A DNA stretch of 64,000 nucleotides from a bacterium (GTDB lineage: Bacteria > UBA8248). The translations under genes and the position numbers were made by a program. Under the pieces are notes generated by a model. The model was not told where the DNA came from. It saw nothing but the letters and a program-made list of their open reading frames with translations, and did not search any database. Positions 59,204-64,000 of this stretch are shown here, piece by piece (the stretch's first letter is position 1; each line of letters opens with the position of its first letter). The stretch lies in assembly GCA_965202625.1 (NCBI GenBank), contig CBDBBI010000010.1:1024001-1088000 (forward strand). Reading direction: 5' to 3'.

Positions 59204-60210
59204 CGCCCCCTGAACTCCGTAACCTCCACCACCCGTCCACTCCTTGCGCTCTCGACGATCGACTCCAGAACGGCCACGACTTCCTTGGCGACTTCCCCAT
59301 CCGTCTCGGGGGCGGCCTCACCCCGAATACATCTTCCAAACTCCTCTATCTCCTCAGCGAGCGCATCGCCGCCATCCACCGGCAATTCACTCCTTCGGGT
59401 CTCATCCTTTTTCTGAAAAAACAGTCGCTCCCCCTCATCCTCGCTCCACGCGGACGCCTCCGTTCCATGGGCAGCCGTCGCGCATTGTTTGGGAATGACG
59501 TAGGTGGTGTTGACGTATCCAAGCGGGCCGCTCTCATATTCGAGAATTACGCTCGTCACGTCGTCGAGATTACTCCTGCCGAGCAGCTTTTTGCTGAACG
59601 CGCTCACGCGCCTCACCGGACCGCCCAAATATTGGAGGTTGTCCACCATGTGAACGCCTAAGCCCGTCATTCCCCCAGCGGGACACTCTTGCGGGTCGTT
59701 TCTCCAGCCGCCTCTGGGGTTTTGTCCATTGGGGTTGGAAAGATTCGCCTCAAGGACGTGAACCATCCCCAACGCGCCGCTATCTATCATTTCCCGTATC
59801 TTTCGGTTCGCTCCCTGCCTCCTTCTATGGTGCCCCACCAAGAGCGTCACTCCGGCTTTCTTCATGGCGACAATACATTTGTTCACATCATCCACGCTCA
59901 AAGCGAGCGGCTTCTCCACAAAAACGTGCTTCCCAGCAGATGCGGCCTGCGCGATCAAATCCGTATGCGTAGAATGGGGCGTGGCTATCAAAACTCCCTC
60001 CACCTCGCCATCTCTCAGGATTTCCTCATAAGATTCCGCCGGACGGCACCCGAATTTCTCCGCGAATCCCCTTCGGGTCGCCTCCGTTCTCGTGAAACAT
60101 CGGACGATTTCTACATTCCCCGCCCTTCGCACGGCATTCGCCAACACGGTTCCCCAGTTGGCCAGACCTACGGACGCCAATCGAACCTTCTCATGCGTCA
60201 TATCATCCAC
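59200..60210 (-). CDS. Gfo/Idh/MocA family oxidoreductase
   Basis: GKHVFVEKP, GHHRR, GVHMVD. Confidence 0.92.
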   Translation of the reverse strand: MDDMTHEKVRLASVGLANWGTVLANAVRRAGNVEIVRCFTRTEATRRGFAEKFGCRPAESYEEILRDGEVEGVLIATPHSTHTDLIAQAASAGKHVFVEKPLALSVDDVNKCIVAMKKAGVTLLVGHHRRRQGANRKIREMIDSGALGMVHVLEANLSNPNGQNPRGGWRNDPQECPAGGMTGLGVHMVDNLQYLGGPVRRVSAFSKKLLGRSNLDDVTSVILEYESGPLGYVNTTYVIPKQCATAAHGTEASAWSEDEGERLFFQKKDETRRSELPVDGGDALAEEIEEFGRCIRGEAAPETDGEVAKEVVAVLESIVESARSGRVVEVTEFRGR

Positions 60211-60474
60211 CTCCGGTAAATTTGACTTACGCCCAGAACGCTCACACGCTCACGCCACCATCATCGTGAAAGCGCGACAATATCGACAACCGGATCATTC
60301 GTTTTCATTTGAATAAAAATCTCGAAACGCAAATTGCCAAGTATATAGAGAAAGGGTAGCATGCACTTCAGAGTTCAACAAATCTGAGAGCAAAATTTTT
60401 CAACGCCCCGTGAACAAACGTCGTAACCTGCGAGAAACCCTTTGTATGGACGAACGAAAACAGGAGCCTACTGA

Positions 60475-61302
60475 ATGCCATTTCATCGTTTTGAAGGAAT
60501 AGAAAAAAAAGCCCTCTCCCCCCATCTGTCCTCCGGCCAAGGTGCGATCGTGGAGGGGGAATATATGTATTTTTGCAAGGTCAGCAAGGTGGCCGGCACG
60601 GGTTCTCAAATTCATTATCACCCCAACGAACTCATGATTTTCCCCGTCCAAGGAAAAATCAACGCGCTGGTCGGAAAGGATAGAAGGGTCGTCTCGCCGG
60701 GCACGTTCGTTCACGTGCCCGCGTATGCGCAGCATCAAATGATCGCCACCGAAGACGGCAATATGGACTATCTCTACGTGAAAGATCGCTCATGGACGGT
60801 CGTGGGCCTGGACAGAGACCAGGTGGTGCCCGACAAGGCACCGACCGTCGATGAAATCAACGAGCAATACGACCAAGGGAGCACAGAAAACCTCGAAAGA
60901 GACGCCAGCAGGGCGAAAATCATCGTCGAGGGTCTGAAGAACTCCTATTACCCGATCCTCCCTTCATTAGACGCCCCCGAATGCTCTGGCCATCATAGCG
61001 TCTGGATAGAGGGCGAGCGTCTCGCGTTCGGGTATGTGGAAATACCCGCAGGGTTTCAAGAGATGACCACAGAAAACGCGCATGAGCAATTCATCTACGT
61101 CCTCAAGGGAACCATTGACGCCCAGGTAGACGATGAGCGTCGGGAGGCGGGTCTTGGTTCGGTCATCCACATCCCCAAAGGATCGAAGCGAAACCTCTCC
61201 TCTCACAGCGGCCAACATGCGCGCTACGCGTCGGTGCGGGCCATGCCGATGCTCGAGGAGATGTTGAGAGAGAAAACGGCGGGTCTGGCGAGACAAGACT
61301 AG
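60475..61302 (+). CDS. Bicupin protein
   Basis: HYHPNE..HVPAYAQH and a second degenerate cupin (HEQFIYV..IHIP). Confidence 0.8.
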   Translation: MPFHRFEGIEKKALSPHLSSGQGAIVEGEYMYFCKVSKVAGTGSQIHYHPNELMIFPVQGKINALVGKDRRVVSPGTFVHVPAYAQHQMIATEDGNMDYLYVKDRSWTVVGLDRDQVVPDKAPTVDEINEQYDQGSTENLERDASRAKIIVEGLKNSYYPILPSLDAPECSGHHSVWIEGERLAFGYVEIPAGFQEMTTENAHEQFIYVLKGTIDAQVDDERREAGLGSVIHIPKGSKRNLSSHSGQHARYASVRAMPMLEEMLREKTAGLARQD

Positions 61303-61319
61303 AGCGGGGCGAATCGCCC

Positions 61320-61719
61320 GTGGCTAAACACCTAGTGTGCAGAATATCGGAATTGTCCCCCGGCGGACGAAAGATAGTCGAGGTCAAGGGCCGCTCCATC
61401 GGCGTGTTCAACGTCAAGAATTCCCTATATGCGCTGAGAAACGCTTGCCCTCACCAAGGCGCGCCGCTTTGTCTCGGCAAGGTCCAAGGGAACCATGAGA
61501 TCCTCCAAACCCCATGCCTATGATTACGTGATGGACGAGCGGGTTCTCGTGTGCCCATGGCATCGCTGGGAGTTTGACACCACGAACGGACTCTCCGTGT
61601 TCAACCCCCATAGAATGCACGTCAGAACTTATGAGGTCGACCTGGAGGCGGACGAGGACCCCTCCATCCAAACCTACGAGGTCACGATCGAGAAAGACCT
61701 GGTGATGGTACACGTCTGA
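61320..61719 (+). pseudogene. Rieske ferredoxin, frameshifted
   Basis: CPHQG and CPWH fall in different frames, shift near 61490. Confidence 0.75.
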
Positions 61720-61747
61720 CGCTTTATCACCGGAGCCGGTTCCGCAA

Positions 61748-62840
61748 ATGAGAAAAATAGAGATATTCCTCGTTGCCATCCCCCTCACCCATCCCTACAA
61801 GAGCGCCACGCGCACGGTCACGCACTCTGAGGATATTGTCGTGAAAATCACATGCGAGGGCGTTTCCGGCTGAGGGGCCGCGGCACTTCGTTCGTTTCCG
61901 ACCGGGGAAATCATCAAGAGCGCGTATCGCATCCTTGAAGAATACCTGATTCCCGCCATCGCCGACTCTAACCGTTCCATCGGGAACATATCGTCCAGGC
62001 GATGGACAAAGCCATCCCTTTTCACTACTCTCCAAAGGCGTCGATCGATTGCGCGATGCGCGATCTAATCGGACGCATGCTGGATTGCCCGGTCCATGAT
62101 CTGCTCGGCGGAAAATCGGGGACGAGATGCCCTCCTGCGACATATTGCCCCTTGAATCACCGGAGAAGACGGCGGAGCTCGCCGGCGGAATCTATCGCAA
62201 TGGGCGTCAAGTCCTTCAAGGTGAAGATGAGCTGGGACACGAAAACCAGCGTCACGCGCGTGGTGGTGGTGGTGGCGCGTGAGGCGGTGGGAGACGAAGC
62301 GCGTATCGTCGTTGACGCGAACATGAGCTGGACGTCCAAGTTTGCCGTGCAAATATGCTCGCGCATTGAGGAGATTGGAATCACGATGCTCAAGCAACCC
62401 GTGCCCGGCCATGATCTGGACGATCTGGAATTCGTCACCGAGAACTCACTCATCTCCATTTGCGCAGACAAGTCGTTCCGGCCCGACTATTTGGCCGAAA
62501 TCGCTCGAAGACGCGCCGCCGACATCATGAACCTGAAAGTAAACTGGGAGGGTGGTCTCCTTCACGCGAAAAAGCGGCCGCCCTCATCGGGCTCCACGGT
62601 ATCGAGGGTTTATGCGGCAGCGTGACTCACAGCGTGCTGAACGACGTGGCGTGCACACACCTTTTCGCCTCTACCCCCGTGATCGTATACAATGAATCCG
62701 ACAAAGCTCCCGCTTGGCATGAAAAGGACATCGTCGCCGGTTTCAAGACGAAAGACGGGATGCTCAAGGTGCCCGAGGGCTCCGGGCTTGGCGTGGAAGT
62801 GAACGAAGAGGCGGTCCGGAAATTCCGTCTTGACGTTTGA
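61748..62840 (+). pseudogene. Mandelate racemase/muconate cycloisomerase family, decayed
   Basis: FKVK, VDAN, GSGLGVEVNE; TGA in the GWG motif, several frameshifts, KQP and ADKS in place of EQP and ADES. Confidence 0.8.
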
Positions 62841-62879
62841 CGCCGGCCAGCACACGCCCGCTCGCGGGGCCGCGCGCCT

Positions 62880-63362
62880 CTAACGCACGAGCGATCTCCT
62901 AGAGCTTGTGGCCATATAGTTCCTCGGCGCTTTCGTGATAAATGCGGTGCTTCAGTGCATCCGAGACTTCCTGAAAACCTGCCGGGGATCATCAAAATCC
63001 CAATGTGGATAATACGACGCGAAAAGTAGGATTTGCTCCGCCATCGTCATCATCCTGAGAACATGGCGATGGTCCTCTCTCGTGTGCGGCTCGGTGATGG
63101 GCTGCTTCGTCAACCGGACATGCCAGACGAACATATTCGCTGGGCGGGCACTCGAGCCAGCAGGGCACCTCCGCGCGCAGCGAACGCCATTCCTGGCGAA
63201 GCGCCACATGATGCTCGGCAGGCAGGCGTAGCCGATCTCCTGGAAAACGGCTTTCAACTTTGGAAAGATGATTTTCAACTTCACGCCATCCGCCGCCGCT
63301 TCCCGCACCACCTCAAGGCCCGCCTCATTCACCTTCAAACACTCCGTATAGTGAAAACCCAT
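62880..63362 (-). pseudogene. Amidohydrolase_2 family C-terminal remnant
   Basis: FPKLK.VF.E.G, QPI.EP, ASYYPHWDFDDP; N-terminus missing. Confidence 0.7.
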
Positions 63363-63368
63363 TCCGCC

Positions 63369-64000
63369 CTATAGATCGGGAAACTTCGCCCTCCAGCCCA
63401 TTTCATCCTCGAACCAGCGCGCCATGGACAACAGACTCTCCTCTCCGCAGCGCATGGCGCCAAACTGGATGCCCAGAGGAAGGTTCATGTTCCCCTGCCC
63501 CAAAGGCAAGGTGAGCGCGGGCTGTCCCGAAAAGGTAAGCGGCTGCAAAAATACGGGACTGCCCGTGGACTCCTTCCAAGGGGGCGGCCCCTCGCCAAAA
63601 CTGGGCAGCACCAGCAAATCATACCGACTCACCAGTGCGTCCATCTTTCTTATAAAACGGGCGCGAACGCGCATCGCTCTCACGTAATGGACTGCAGGCG
63701 TCATGTATCCGATCGTCAGGCTCCTGCGCACGAAAGGCGGCAGGTCATCCCCGTGCATCACGTATAAATCTTGATGACAAGACGCGGCATCCACGCATCG
63801 TGCGATAAAATGCGCCGCATCGATCTCCTCCACGCTCAAGGGTAACTCCACCTCGTCGACAACAATCCCCCTTGATTGGATTCGGGACACGGCCTGCTCC
63901 ACCCATTCGGAAACCTCCGCGCTGGCCAGGGCGAGCATATGTTTGAGATACGCGATTCTTTTCGGCTTTTGCGCCGTATTCTTTACCGAAGGGGGCGCGC
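63369..64000 (-). CDS. Amidase family protein, C-terminal part (runs off window)
   Basis: YDLLVLP, STG.P.F, SGQPALTLP, LPLGIQ, E..LL. Confidence 0.8.
   Translation of the reverse strand, partial: APPSVKNTAQKPKRIAYLKHMLALASAEVSEWVEQAVSRIQSRGIVVDEVELPLSVEEIDAAHFIARCVDAASCHQDLYVMHGDDLPPFVRRSLTIGYMTPAVHYVRAMRVRARFIRKMDALVSRYDLLVLPSFGEGPPPWKESTGSPVFLQPLTFSGQPALTLPLGQGNMNLPLGIQFGAMRCGEESLLSMARWFEDEMGWRAKFPDL

Noticed and set aside
61871-61873. In-frame TGA as selenocysteine or recoding
   Set aside because: It replaces Trp of a GWG motif in a gene with several other lesions.

Overview
A GC-rich bacterial chromosomal window, mostly catabolic and redox genes: hydrolases, an atypical B12-dependent acyl-CoA mutase, an AOR-family oxidoreductase, QueE, SDRs, tRNA-Leu(TAA), a form II CoxSLM-like molybdoenzyme, a CsgG/DUF4810/DUF799 lipoprotein cluster, propionyl-CoA synthetase, a Rieske/cytochrome b/octaheme HAO-like operon, an LLM/F420 cluster with a probable AhpD-like selenoprotein, ABC transporter parts and a decaying cluster at the right end. 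Two accessory regions (about 30.0-37.3 kb and 53.3-56.4 kb) hold an IS1595 remnant, a Mu-like prophage remnant, a chimeric gene, a broken methyltransferase and small orphan genes. The most unusual signal is a recurring architecture: four unrelated genes (prpE, a phage repressor, a DNA methyltransferase, an ABC permease) are each followed by extra DNA and then a second copy of their own 3' end, with no integrase in the window. One of these duplications carries two lipoprotein paralogs that differ almost only at non-synonymous sites. All family calls come from motif recognition by eye; no searches were run, and counts are hand counts.
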